Shown piece after piece: positions 39,965 to 49,610 of a stretch of 64,000 nt of DNA. Made by a program: the position numbers and the translations under genes. Numbering within the stretch: the first letter of the stretch is position 1; each line of letters starts with the position of its first letter. Under the pieces are notes generated by a model. The model was given only the letters and a program-made list of their open reading frames with translations. It did not search any database and had not been told where the DNA came from. The stretch is from a virus: the IMG/VR virus record IMGVR_UViG_3300046820_000088, positions 1 through 64,000 of that record; one strand, given 5' to 3'.

Positions 39965-40803
39965 ACTTTGGGTACCTAATAGTTGTATCGTCAAACTCTG
40001 AAGTGGACTATCTCAAGTTAGCCTATGCTGCCGCATTGAGTATCAAGAATACACAAAAAGAAGGTTACGATAAGGTAGCGCTGGTCATCGATGACAACTC
40101 CAAACTATCTGATATAAAGAGTCCTTGGGTATTTGATCACGTTATTGAATGGAGTCAGGAAACATTTTGGGATGGCCGTAGTTGGATGGATCAGCTAAGT
40201 CCTTTCGAATACACAGTCTGTATTGACGCAGATATGTTGTTCTTAAGAGATTACAGCCATTGGATAGATTATTTTATTGAAAACTCTGAGTTGTATGTTG
40301 CTAATAAAGCATACACCTTCCGAGGCGAAGTTATCACAAATGACTTTTATAGAAAAGCATTTACTAAAAATGATTTGCCTAATCTTTATTCAATGTTTAC
40401 GTTCTTTAAAAAGGATGCAGCAATTGTTAACGAGTTCTTTTCTTTAGGGAGATATATTGTTAAAAATCAAACAGAGTTTTCTAACTTGTTTTTAACAGCA
40501 CACAAGCCAAAGATTATTGGAACAGATGAAGCATTTGCATTGTCTGCAAAGTTGTTAGATATTACAGATGAGATTGCATATACTTTAGATTTTCCTAAAC
40601 TAGTACATATGAAACCTATGGTACAAAACTGGCCATGGCCTGCTGATCGAGTTACTGACCATGCAGGGTTTTACCTGTCAACAAATGGAAAGTTGAAGAT
40701 AGGAAACTATCAACAACACGACATTATTCATTATGTTGAAAAAGATATTATAACTGATGAGCTAGTTAGTATGTTAGAGGAGTTAGCATGGCACAAGAAA
40801 TAA
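39961..40803 (+). CDS. GT-A fold glycosyltransferase, paralogue of 39101..39964
   Basis: LSPFEYTVCIDADMLF (DxD); TDEAFAL; HMKP; IHY. Confidence 0.7.
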   Translation: MNFGYLIVVSSNSEVDYLKLAYAAALSIKNTQKEGYDKVALVIDDNSKLSDIKSPWVFDHVIEWSQETFWDGRSWMDQLSPFEYTVCIDADMLFLRDYSHWIDYFIENSELYVANKAYTFRGEVITNDFYRKAFTKNDLPNLYSMFTFFKKDAAIVNEFFSLGRYIVKNQTEFSNLFLTAHKPKIIGTDEAFALSAKLLDITDEIAYTLDFPKLVHMKPMVQNWPWPADRVTDHAGFYLSTNGKLKIGNYQQHDIIHYVEKDIITDELVSMLEELAWHKK

Positions 40804-41372
40804 AAGACTTCGATGAGTGGCTAGCAACATTTCAGGCTCCAACAGTTGAGTACTTTTTTTCTTACGACGAGGAAGGAAAGGTAACGGCATTATATTCTAC
40901 ATTTAATGTAGGAGATTTGACTAATATAGTAAAAGTTGATACTGAAGTTGCAGACGCAATCAACTCTGGATTAGAAACACTATTTTCCTATCGTGTAGAT
41001 ATTCGAACAAAGCAGTTGATAAAGATCAATAGATTTTTAACTCACGGACTTGTTAAGATTGACGATGTATTACATAGAGTAGTTGATAAAAAATGGTCAA
41101 CAATAGATGATCCTGACCTTAACATCGTATATGATTCTGTAAGCAGTCAACTATCATTTGAGATCAACAAAAAATATAACTCTACCTACTGGGCAGGGGA
41201 AACTGAAATGATATTTTTAATCACTGCCTATAACGATCCGAATCAGTTAAACGATATGATAAGTGTGAACGTTGCTGATTTATCAAAGAAAACATTTAAA
41301 ATAACACCGCCTAAAAAGTTTAGCATTTATACTCGCAGAATCTTTGAGAACTACGTATTTGAAACATTATGA
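40788..41372 (+). CDS. Hypothetical protein in the GT operon
   Basis: Overlaps both neighbours; GAGGAG RBS. Confidence 0.65.
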   Translation: MAQEIKDFDEWLATFQAPTVEYFFSYDEEGKVTALYSTFNVGDLTNIVKVDTEVADAINSGLETLFSYRVDIRTKQLIKINRFLTHGLVKIDDVLHRVVDKKWSTIDDPDLNIVYDSVSSQLSFEINKKYNSTYWAGETEMIFLITAYNDPNQLNDMISVNVADLSKKTFKITPPKKFSIYTRRIFENYVFETL

Positions 41373-42247
41373 AAACAGTTGAACTAGATATTGTATTTTT
41401 AAGTTACGATGAGCCCAACGCTGATCTACACTACGCTGACCTATGTAATAAAGTACCATGGGCAAAACGTGTACACGGAGTCAAAGGAAGTGATCACGCA
41501 CATAAAGCTGCCGCAGAGCTCAGTGAAACTGAATGGTTGATCACAGTTGATGCTGACAACATTGTTGATTCTAGATTCTTTAATCTTGATATAGACACAT
41601 CAAATCCGAAAGTTGAAGTTTTTAGTTGGCTTGCAAGAAACAAGATTAACGGTCTTCTGTACGGAAATGGTGGATTAAAAATCTGGAAAAAAGACTTTAT
41701 CCTTAACATGAAAAGTCATGAAGCTAGTGACAGCGAACGTGCTCAAGTTGACTTCTGTTGGGAAGATGGTTATGTACAGTTTAAAGATTGTTATAGCGAA
41801 ACAGTTATAACAGGCAGTCCTTTCCAAGCATGGCGTGCAGGATTCCGTGAAGGCGTTAAGATGACCTTGCTCGACGGAATTAAAGTTCCTCCTCAAGAAA
41901 TCAAAGAACGTATCTGGTGGCATAATCTTCATAGACTAAAAATGTGGTCAACTGTTGGCGCTCATGAAGAAAACGGAAAGTATGCGATCCTTGGAGCACG
42001 CATGGGAACATGGATGACCAACTGTACAGATTGGAACTATGTAGATGTGCGTGACTTTGAAGTGTTAAAAAACATTTATGAACAAAATGTCAATCATACT
42101 TTCTTAGAACAGGACGCACAAGATCTAGGAGTCAAAATTAAACAACAACTGGGTTTAGATTGGCCTTGGCTAGATGAAAAACAAAGTCAATATACATTAG
42201 ACTTATACGAAGAAACAATCAAACTCACAAACACATACCTAAGATGA
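41369..42247 (+). CDS. Glycosyltransferase-like protein (GT-A, DAD)
   Basis: DIVFLSYDEPNAD, KRVHGVKG, TVDADN, YGNGG.K.W, AWRAGFREGVK. Confidence 0.65.
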   Translation: MKTVELDIVFLSYDEPNADLHYADLCNKVPWAKRVHGVKGSDHAHKAAAELSETEWLITVDADNIVDSRFFNLDIDTSNPKVEVFSWLARNKINGLLYGNGGLKIWKKDFILNMKSHEASDSERAQVDFCWEDGYVQFKDCYSETVITGSPFQAWRAGFREGVKMTLLDGIKVPPQEIKERIWWHNLHRLKMWSTVGAHEENGKYAILGARMGTWMTNCTDWNYVDVRDFEVLKNIYEQNVNHTFLEQDAQDLGVKIKQQLGLDWPWLDEKQSQYTLDLYEETIKLTNTYLR

Positions 42248-43896
42248 TTTATGATATCTTTTATGCTTCGAGGTCGTCTATAGACTCTGATGACTGGAAT
42301 CAGTTTCATTCTAGATTTCCGTCTTCTCAAAAAATAGAAAATGTAAAAACATTTGCCGATATAAAGAAGAAAGCATTTACTAAGTTCTTTTGGGTAGTTT
42401 GGAACGATTTAACAATATCACCCGAGTTTGATTTTAGTTACAGGGTTCCTAAGTGGGACGAAGAGTACATACATATTTGGAAAAATGCAGAATATTTTGA
42501 CGGGGTGTGTTTATTTTCTAAAGGAAATACTTTTTCTCAAAGAGAGTTTGACACACGATTCTTTGTTAATAACAAAAAAGAAATAGATGAAGTTGCTAGC
42601 TACCCAAAAGCATTTGAAATAGTAACCATCGATACCTATGAAGAATATCTAGAAACTATTGAGTCTGCAAAGACAAACATGTTCTGGATAGTTTGGAACG
42701 ATCTAATGCCGTTAGACAGTTTTAAGTTTGATTTTCAGGTACCTTTTTATAATCAACATATTCCTCACATTTTTAAAAATGGAGAGTTTTTTGACGGTAT
42801 TGTATTATTGTCTAAAACTAAACCAGTTTCTAAAAAAGAGTTTGTACATAGATTTTTTATCAATAAAAAAGAAATCAATATACTGGCAAGCGTTCCAAAA
42901 CAATATGAACAGTTTTCTTTAGAATATTATGAAGACTATCTAGAAGCCAAAGAAAAGTCAAAGACTGAACTTTTCTATTTGGTACCTGAAGAAGTTGAAG
43001 TTAAAGATAACTTTAAGTTTGATTTATATTTCAGCCATCATAATAGTTACGAGCGTAAGATAAATCACGTATTTAAAAATCAAGATATCGATGAAGACAA
43101 GTACAATGGTATAATGCTGTTGTCAAAATCTAGTGAACTTAGTAAGAGAGAGATTGATTTTAGATATCTGATCGAGAAGAAAGAATACGATGTTGTAGCA
43201 AGTACACTAAAGTATTACGACATTATTTTTATCAGTTACAATGAGCCAAATGCTGACGAAAGCTATAAAACACTTTTAAAACGCTTTCCTGGGGCAAAAC
43301 GTGTACACGGAGTCAAAGGTATACATCAAGCGCATATAGAAGCTGCAAAGCTGTCTAAGACGCCAATGTTTTGGGTAGTAGATGCCGATGCAACTATTGT
43401 TGACGATTTTAACTTTGATTTGCGTTTGCACAAGTATGACAGAGACATTGTTCATATTTGGCACAGCCGTAATCCTGTCAACGATTTGGAATACGGATAT
43501 GGCGGAGTTAAACTACTTCCAAAATATCTAGCGTTATCTATGAGCACTGATACTGTAGACATGACAACATCTATCAGCAAAAAGATTAGAATAATGCCTA
43601 CAGTTAGTAACTATACATCGTTTAATACTGATCCTTTCAGTACCTGGAAATCAGCATTTAGAGAATGTGTAAAACTTGCTAGCCGAGCTATTGATAGAGA
43701 TTATCAAGCAGAGACTGAATCTAGATTAAGAACTTGGTGTACAGTTGGATCCGATAAACCATTTGGCAGCTATGCTATTGCCGGAGCAATAGCAGGAGCC
43801 AAATACGGATATAACAATATTACTGATCCCGAAGCCTTGTCTAAGATTAACAACTTTGAATGGTTGTTAGAACAATATCAGTTGTCAATAAACTGA
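42244..43896 (+). CDS. Glycosyltransferase-like protein with three degenerate N-terminal repeats
   Basis: The C-terminal domain is paralogous to 41369..42247 (DIIFISYNEPNAD, KRVHGVKG, VVDAD, YGYGGVK, WKSAFRECVK). Confidence 0.65.
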   Translation: MIYDIFYASRSSIDSDDWNQFHSRFPSSQKIENVKTFADIKKKAFTKFFWVVWNDLTISPEFDFSYRVPKWDEEYIHIWKNAEYFDGVCLFSKGNTFSQREFDTRFFVNNKKEIDEVASYPKAFEIVTIDTYEEYLETIESAKTNMFWIVWNDLMPLDSFKFDFQVPFYNQHIPHIFKNGEFFDGIVLLSKTKPVSKKEFVHRFFINKKEINILASVPKQYEQFSLEYYEDYLEAKEKSKTELFYLVPEEVEVKDNFKFDLYFSHHNSYERKINHVFKNQDIDEDKYNGIMLLSKSSELSKREIDFRYLIEKKEYDVVASTLKYYDIIFISYNEPNADESYKTLLKRFPGAKRVHGVKGIHQAHIEAAKLSKTPMFWVVDADATIVDDFNFDLRLHKYDRDIVHIWHSRNPVNDLEYGYGGVKLLPKYLALSMSTDTVDMTTSISKKIRIMPTVSNYTSFNTDPFSTWKSAFRECVKLASRAIDRDYQAETESRLRTWCTVGSDKPFGSYAIAGAIAGAKYGYNNITDPEALSKINNFEWLLEQYQLSIN

Positions 43897-45125
43897 TCCC
43901 AGTTATCCTTATTAGGTCTTGGGTTATCTTTGTGAGACCAGATTTTGTCTATCTGACTATTTTCGCCACAGGTGTTTGCACAGAACATAAGTTTATTAGC
44001 ACCTGTTTGATTCCAAGAATCGGCAAACACTCTGTTTAAGTGTCCTGCTTCTAATATTTCTTCTAAAGAATAGTTATTAAGATTAAAATATTGATTGCCG
44101 TAATCCTGTAGTTTTTTCTTTAGTTGTACGATTTCCGGAGTTGAATGTGTAGTTTCGATGTTAGTTCCGACATAGCAACACGGACTTACTCTTCCGGCTG
44201 AACTAACATATATTTCTCTACCGCCTCCCCAGGTTTCGGACTTGCATGAAATGTTTTTACAATCTGTATCTGTATAATCGATTTCGCGCTCTTTGAAAGA
44301 TTTACCGTCAAACTTGTCAACAAGCTCGTTGTGCGGATCTAATACAGCATATTTGTAAAACTTGATTACTGATGGTTCAATATGGTCGAACCTTGGGATT
44401 GGATCTTTTGCAATATCGAAGTTTCTGTTATCAAGCTCAGTAGGTGGTTCTAACCAATACTTGAACTCTCCTTCTTTTCCTAGTGCTGCTACTTTGACTA
44501 GTTTTCCTTCGTTGTTAAATCCCAATGCTTTTTTAGGAGCAAAGGTTGCAAATCCAAGTTCTATGGATAAGTTCTTGGCTTCTTGGATCTGATGTTCGTT
44601 GTGACGAAATATTAAAAAGTCCCACTCAGCCTTTCCTCCTGCATTAATAAATGCTTTGGAGTTTTTCATTAAAGTGTTCCAGTTTACATTTCTTCTGTAA
44701 AGATGGTTGGTATCTTCTAGACCATCGATAGAAAATATAACTTTAAATCTTCGATTAAAACTGTTGGCTGAAAGATGTCCTAATCTAGTCCAATCCTTTT
44801 CTCCCCTCATCCCACCGTTAGTATTAACAGTGATGTTAACCGTAGGATTGATTGTAAGAATGTGTTCAATGATATTGATAGCATCCTTTGCCATCATAGG
44901 ATCACCGACAGTACCGCAGAATATCCAATGATTAGTTTTCTTAACAATATCGTCAGAGAACCACTCTTTAAACTGTTCGAGAGTTATTTGATTTAACTCT
45001 ATATCTGGTCGGAGTATTTCTGTGCCTTCGTAGTATCTAGGACATAGGGGACATGCAGCATTACAATAACTTGAAAGCTCGCAGTGTATTTGAAATAACT
45101 TTTCTTTAATCCAAAAATCTGTCAT
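43878..45125 (-). CDS. Radical SAM enzyme with C-terminal SPASM/twitch-like Fe-S domain
   Basis: CNAACPLC; GTVGDP; TNGG; FSIDG; C...IYVSSAGRVSPCC...C..TC. Confidence 0.88.
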   Translation of the reverse strand: MTDFWIKEKLFQIHCELSSYCNAACPLCPRYYEGTEILRPDIELNQITLEQFKEWFSDDIVKKTNHWIFCGTVGDPMMAKDAINIIEHILTINPTVNITVNTNGGMRGEKDWTRLGHLSANSFNRRFKVIFSIDGLEDTNHLYRRNVNWNTLMKNSKAFINAGGKAEWDFLIFRHNEHQIQEAKNLSIELGFATFAPKKALGFNNEGKLVKVAALGKEGEFKYWLEPPTELDNRNFDIAKDPIPRFDHIEPSVIKFYKYAVLDPHNELVDKFDGKSFKEREIDYTDTDCKNISCKSETWGGGREIYVSSAGRVSPCCYVGTNIETTHSTPEIVQLKKKLQDYGNQYFNLNNYSLEEILEAGHLNRVFADSWNQTGANKLMFCANTCGENSQIDKIWSHKDNPRPNKDNWDQFIDN

Positions 45126-46336
45126 TTGTATTTTTTAATAAGTTCGCCGAACTCTTTGAATGTTTCGTAATAGTTTTCTTTTCGATAAGCATCATGTATA
45201 TCGATCTGTTCTTTGAACTTATTCCAACGCCAGTCTGTAAATGTCCCGTCTTGAACAAACTTTATAATACCGGGAATCTGATGCCATTCTCTTTCAAACT
45301 TTTTATCGATGCTTTCTAGTTTTTTACATATTGCTTCTTTTATCTCATCTGGAAAGATATTAGAACAATAGTAGTCTGGATAGTGTACAAGATTTAGATA
45401 TATATGCCAGTTTTCTTTTTCAAAGAATTCTAAAAACTCAGGCACATAGTAGACGTTCAATGCACTGATGGTATGACATATTCCGAATAAAATATTGTCT
45501 CGACCTTTAGCCCATTCTCTAGCTTTTTGCATATTTGCATATACTTCGTTCCACTTTGCAGGATGTCTCATAAATTCAAACTGTAGACCAATACCATCGA
45601 TGCTGAAGCCAATATCGACAAACTTGAAATGATCAAACAACTTAATATGTTCTTCATTCCATTGAGTTCCGTTGGTATTGTAGTGTAGAGTTTGATTCTT
45701 GCTCCAGCCGTTAGCTACAGACTTTTCAATAAACTCCCACTGCTGTTTTATAAGCCAAGGTTCTCCTCCGTAGAAATCTATTTGAATAACATCTTTACCG
45801 ATGTCCTCTATTTCTGACCACAGCTTGCTTTCTTTTTCCCAGCTATCGTTATATATTTTAGCATTGATGAGATATTCTTTCTTTGGTAGCTTAACACCTT
45901 CGATCATTGTGTCGTAATATTCGTTAAGCCATAGGCTGCTGCTATATGGGTGACAAGTTCTGCATTTAATATTGCAGGTGTTGCCCATGTTTAGTTCTAG
46001 TGTTTTAATACCGTCTGTTTCTGCAAAGTCAAACTTTGCATTGTCTCGGATTCGTTTACTATCACGCCCGGCATCTTCTTCGTTCCAGCACTTAATACAC
46101 GCAGGATGTCTTTCACCTTTTTTAAACGCCTCCCTAACATCTTCCATATAGGGATCTTTCCATAACTCTGTTAGTGTATGATCAACGACTCTATTTTTAG
46201 ATGATCCGTCAATCATACAACAGTGTTTTATAGACCCCGTTGAATTTATGCTAAGATTATGAAATGCATTGACACAATAAAACTTTTTATTTTCCATAGT
46301 TCTCGTACTCTGTTTTACATATAGCCATAAACTCAC
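45122..46336 (-). CDS. Radical SAM enzyme with N-terminal twitch-like Cys domain (start probably at MENKKFYC)
   Basis: C...G.IKHCC...C.KCW.EE at the N-terminus; CNIKCRTC; FYGGEP; YNTNGT; FSIDG. Confidence 0.88.
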   Translation of the reverse strand: MSLWLYVKQSTRTMENKKFYCVNAFHNLSINSTGSIKHCCMIDGSSKNRVVDHTLTELWKDPYMEDVREAFKKGERHPACIKCWNEEDAGRDSKRIRDNAKFDFAETDGIKTLELNMGNTCNIKCRTCHPYSSSLWLNEYYDTMIEGVKLPKKEYLINAKIYNDSWEKESKLWSEIEDIGKDVIQIDFYGGEPWLIKQQWEFIEKSVANGWSKNQTLHYNTNGTQWNEEHIKLFDHFKFVDIGFSIDGIGLQFEFMRHPAKWNEVYANMQKAREWAKGRDNILFGICHTISALNVYYVPEFLEFFEKENWHIYLNLVHYPDYYCSNIFPDEIKEAICKKLESIDKKFEREWHQIPGIIKFVQDGTFTDWRWNKFKEQIDIHDAYRKENYYETFKEFGELIKKYK

Positions 46337-47681
46337 TATACTCTGGAAATAGGGTGTGAAAGTCTGTTCCTAATCTTTTGTCGTTTTCTGTAAAGAAACT
46401 ATAGAAGTCTCTGCGTCCTTGTTTAATCTTTTCGTCGCTGACTGGATTTTCTCTCATGTAATCTACTACACGCTTGAACACTTCGTACTCTAGTTCGTTA
46501 AATCCTACAGCTAGTCCATTAGACATCATGTTGTCTTTGATAAACTGTAGATTATCTGACATGTACTGATTGAAGCTTTCTGGTAAGATATTGATCATCC
46601 AGTGTGGAGGTTCTTTTAAGTACGGAGTATCGAACTGCACACGTTGATGCCACGGAGTTCCTGGATAGTCTCTTCTAAGTTCTAAGATCTTTTCCAACAG
46701 TGTTCTAAAGTTTGCAACTGTTAGTACATTAAAGGTAATCATAAAACTGATATCTTGTTGAGGAAGATTATCTAGATAGTATCTAAGATTCTTTTCCCAA
46801 AGAACAATGTCTAACCCAGTGCGAATATATTCGGCTTGTGGCCCCCAGGTGTCGATACTGGTATACAACTTAAACCCTTTGATGGCTTTTTTCTCTAATA
46901 ACACCTTAACATGATCAACTAGTTTTTGTACAAGTCTGTGTGTTACTCCTAGATTACTGTTAAGATGAATTTCTAAGTGCGGACTAGGATCGTTTTCCAA
47001 CATCTCTAACATCTTAAATGTATTCGGATTCATCAACGGCTCTCCGCCTGTGATACGGAACACACGTAGATCTTTCTTAAGACTAGGCCACCATTCCCAG
47101 AATGCATCTACATAGGGATTGGGGTCATCTTTATTAAAAAATTCGCTGTAATTTAAAAAATCGATACCATACTGATTGTATGTTAGATCGTAGTTGCCGT
47201 GTCTCTTTACTTCTTCCATCCAACTACTAGATGCCTGAGGGCAGCAATATCCACATCTAAAGTTACAACCGTTTCCGAAACTAACTTCGAGATGTCTAGG
47301 ATTCCAATCGGCTTCCCAACCACCGGCAACAATATCGTCGATTGTAGAGTCGATATAGTTAGAACTGTGCTTCATGCGATCACTAATATGCTCGCCCGGC
47401 AAGTCTTCAATATTCCAGCAATAATAACATTCTTGAGGTCTGCCACCCTCCATCATTTCTTTACGTTGTTGTTTTTTCCAAGGTGTATTATGTAATGCAC
47501 TAGGATTGTCTTTCAGCAACGTTTTGTCAATTTTGTGTGGCCGTGGATGATAGCAGCTATGATTATCTCCCATGTGAAGATATAGCGTTTCCATATTCCA
47601 TTTTGCTAGACAAAATCCTTTGCCTACTTTGTTTAACTGGTCTCGTGTATCCTGTATAATCTCGATGTATTTTCTTGTCAT
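46287..47681 (-). CDS. Radical SAM enzyme with N-terminal Cys/His domain
   Basis: FCLAKW..HSCYHP..CYYCW.IED; CNFRCGYC; ITGGEP; SID. Confidence 0.88.
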   Translation of the reverse strand: MTRKYIEIIQDTRDQLNKVGKGFCLAKWNMETLYLHMGDNHSCYHPRPHKIDKTLLKDNPSALHNTPWKKQQRKEMMEGGRPQECYYCWNIEDLPGEHISDRMKHSSNYIDSTIDDIVAGGWEADWNPRHLEVSFGNGCNFRCGYCCPQASSSWMEEVKRHGNYDLTYNQYGIDFLNYSEFFNKDDPNPYVDAFWEWWPSLKKDLRVFRITGGEPLMNPNTFKMLEMLENDPSPHLEIHLNSNLGVTHRLVQKLVDHVKVLLEKKAIKGFKLYTSIDTWGPQAEYIRTGLDIVLWEKNLRYYLDNLPQQDISFMITFNVLTVANFRTLLEKILELRRDYPGTPWHQRVQFDTPYLKEPPHWMINILPESFNQYMSDNLQFIKDNMMSNGLAVGFNELEYEVFKRVVDYMRENPVSDEKIKQGRRDFYSFFTENDKRLGTDFHTLFPEYSEFMAICKTEYENYGK

Positions 47682-49300
47682 TATTTTCCTAGATAGATAT
47701 TTGGAAATGCTTTTTTAAAATCTGTTCCTCTTCGTTGATCGTGTTGTACAAAAAACTCAGATAGATTTTGAATATTAGTTTCTCTTATTTCAGCGGTGTA
47801 TTTATTTTCTTCTATTAGCGCGATGTTTCTTTTCAACTTCTCAACCTCGTAGGGTTTAAATCCAGTTAAAGATTTTTGATATATGTTTTCGTTGCAGTGT
47901 GTTTCCATCCATGTAAGTACTCCTTTCAAATGCTCTATATCTTTATCAGTAGCATTAAAAATATTAAGCCATTGGGGATTTCTTAATACTGGAATATCAA
48001 ACCATACTCGTTGAAATGGTCTTATTTTATATTTCATTTGAGCTAATACTGACCATTCTTTTCTCAACTGAAGAATCATTTCTAAGTATTCTTTTATATT
48101 AGGTATACTTAAAAGATTGAATGTATTGATAAAACTCACGCTGGTATTTCTGGTCTTACTTAAGAATGTTCTAGTATTTGTCAACATTCTATCAAAGTCA
48201 AGACCATTGCGTATATATTCGGCCTGCTCGCCTACGCTATCAACACTTACATAAAGTGTAAAATGTTTACAGGCTTTATCATTGTATTTGTAAAGATAAG
48301 TGAAGCTACCATCTTCAAGAGCGTGACCTATTACTGGAAATGTTTGAGGAATATCGAATCGTTCAATACTAGGAAGATCGCTGTTGTGATATTCTTTAGA
48401 GTCTTTACCGATGATAAAATGCTTCCACGAAGTCCAATCGCTTCCGTCTTTAGGATCAGGAACATAGCATTCTGCAGAATGTTCTACAGTATCTAATGCT
48501 TTAACTTTATCTACAAACTTATCAAACAGTTCCTGCTTCGGAGGGCACATGTTACTAGTAATGCTTAATTCTAGATTTTTATTAGGATTATCTTTTACGT
48601 AGTCTAGAACCTTAAAGGTATTTGCATCTAGCAAAGGTTCGCCGCCAGTCATGCGAAATACTTTGAGATTGGCGTATATGTCCGGCCACCATTTCCAGAA
48701 AGCTTCAACATAGGGATTATCTTTGTTTGCAAGACCGATTGGCATCAATCCAACATTTTTTAGAACAGCAATATTATTGTGTTCTTCTTTTCCTATGTTA
48801 TAGGGACCGTATATTTCGATTTCGTTTTGCCATTCACTACTTAGGTGAGGACTACAGTAACTACATTTAAAGTTACATGTTTGATTGAAGTTTACTTCAA
48901 CGTAAGTTGGCTTGACGTTAAAGTCAAACGGCTGACTGACAATCTCGTCGATTTTATCAACAGCCCAATGTTCGCTACTTCTGTAATATCTATCGCTAAC
49001 GTGCCCGGCATCTTCAATCTTCCAGCAGTAATCACACCCTGTAGGTCGTTGACCTTCGAGCATCATTTTTCGTTCTTCGAACTTTTGATAGGTATTATGT
49101 AATGCACCAGGATCTAACTTTAGCTGATCTAAGTTAATCTGATGTGTGGGAGGGTGATAGCAACTATGTGTGCGACCATTAGTTAGATGCAAACTAACTT
49201 GAAGCCATTTGGCCGCACAGAAGCTCGGGCTTATACTGTCTATATGAGATTTTGATGAATCAAAACCTTTAACGTAAAAGTTGACTTTTTTTGTTTCCAC
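47681..49300 (-). CDS. Radical SAM enzyme, paralogue of 46287..47681 with an insertion
   Basis: FCAAKW..HSCYHP..CDYCW.IED; CNFKCSYC; MTGGEP; SVD. Confidence 0.88.
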   Translation of the reverse strand: METKKVNFYVKGFDSSKSHIDSISPSFCAAKWLQVSLHLTNGRTHSCYHPPTHQINLDQLKLDPGALHNTYQKFEERKMMLEGQRPTGCDYCWKIEDAGHVSDRYYRSSEHWAVDKIDEIVSQPFDFNVKPTYVEVNFNQTCNFKCSYCSPHLSSEWQNEIEIYGPYNIGKEEHNNIAVLKNVGLMPIGLANKDNPYVEAFWKWWPDIYANLKVFRMTGGEPLLDANTFKVLDYVKDNPNKNLELSITSNMCPPKQELFDKFVDKVKALDTVEHSAECYVPDPKDGSDWTSWKHFIIGKDSKEYHNSDLPSIERFDIPQTFPVIGHALEDGSFTYLYKYNDKACKHFTLYVSVDSVGEQAEYIRNGLDFDRMLTNTRTFLSKTRNTSVSFINTFNLLSIPNIKEYLEMILQLRKEWSVLAQMKYKIRPFQRVWFDIPVLRNPQWLNIFNATDKDIEHLKGVLTWMETHCNENIYQKSLTGFKPYEVEKLKRNIALIEENKYTAEIRETNIQNLSEFFVQHDQRRGTDFKKAFPNIYLGK

Positions 49301-49301
49301 A

Positions 49302-49610
49302 TTATTCTAGTAAACTTTTACTTTTAGCAGTGACATCTTTTCTTAACCGTTCGACGTCCACTTTAAAATCTACTTTCTTGATTTCGTTTCTGTACTCGTA
49401 GAATGTTTCTAAAAGTTTATCTGCAACGACCTGTGCTTTTGTTTCTTGGATCTTATTCTTTATATCTATTTCCCAAACTCTACCGTTGGTAAACTCTAGA
49501 CGAATATAATCTAGGTAAGCAACCGGTAGAGTATTAATATAAAGGTCTTCAAAAATCTCAGGCCATTCTCTAACTAGGTCTAAAGGCGGTCTGAAGAAGT
49601 TTTTAGACAT
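49302..49610 (-). CDS. Hypothetical protein
   Basis: Packed ORF in the minus-strand gene run. Confidence 0.65.
   Translation of the reverse strand: MSKNFFRPPLDLVREWPEIFEDLYINTLPVAYLDYIRLEFTNGRVWEIDIKNKIQETKAQVVADKLLETFYEYRNEIKKVDFKVDVERLRKDVTAKSKSLLE

Noticed and set aside
47485-49107. 16-bp repeat GTATTATGTAATGCAC (47485-47500 and 49092-49107)
   Set aside because: It encodes the conserved ALHNT motif in close paralogues and is short enough to reflect ancestry and codon bias.
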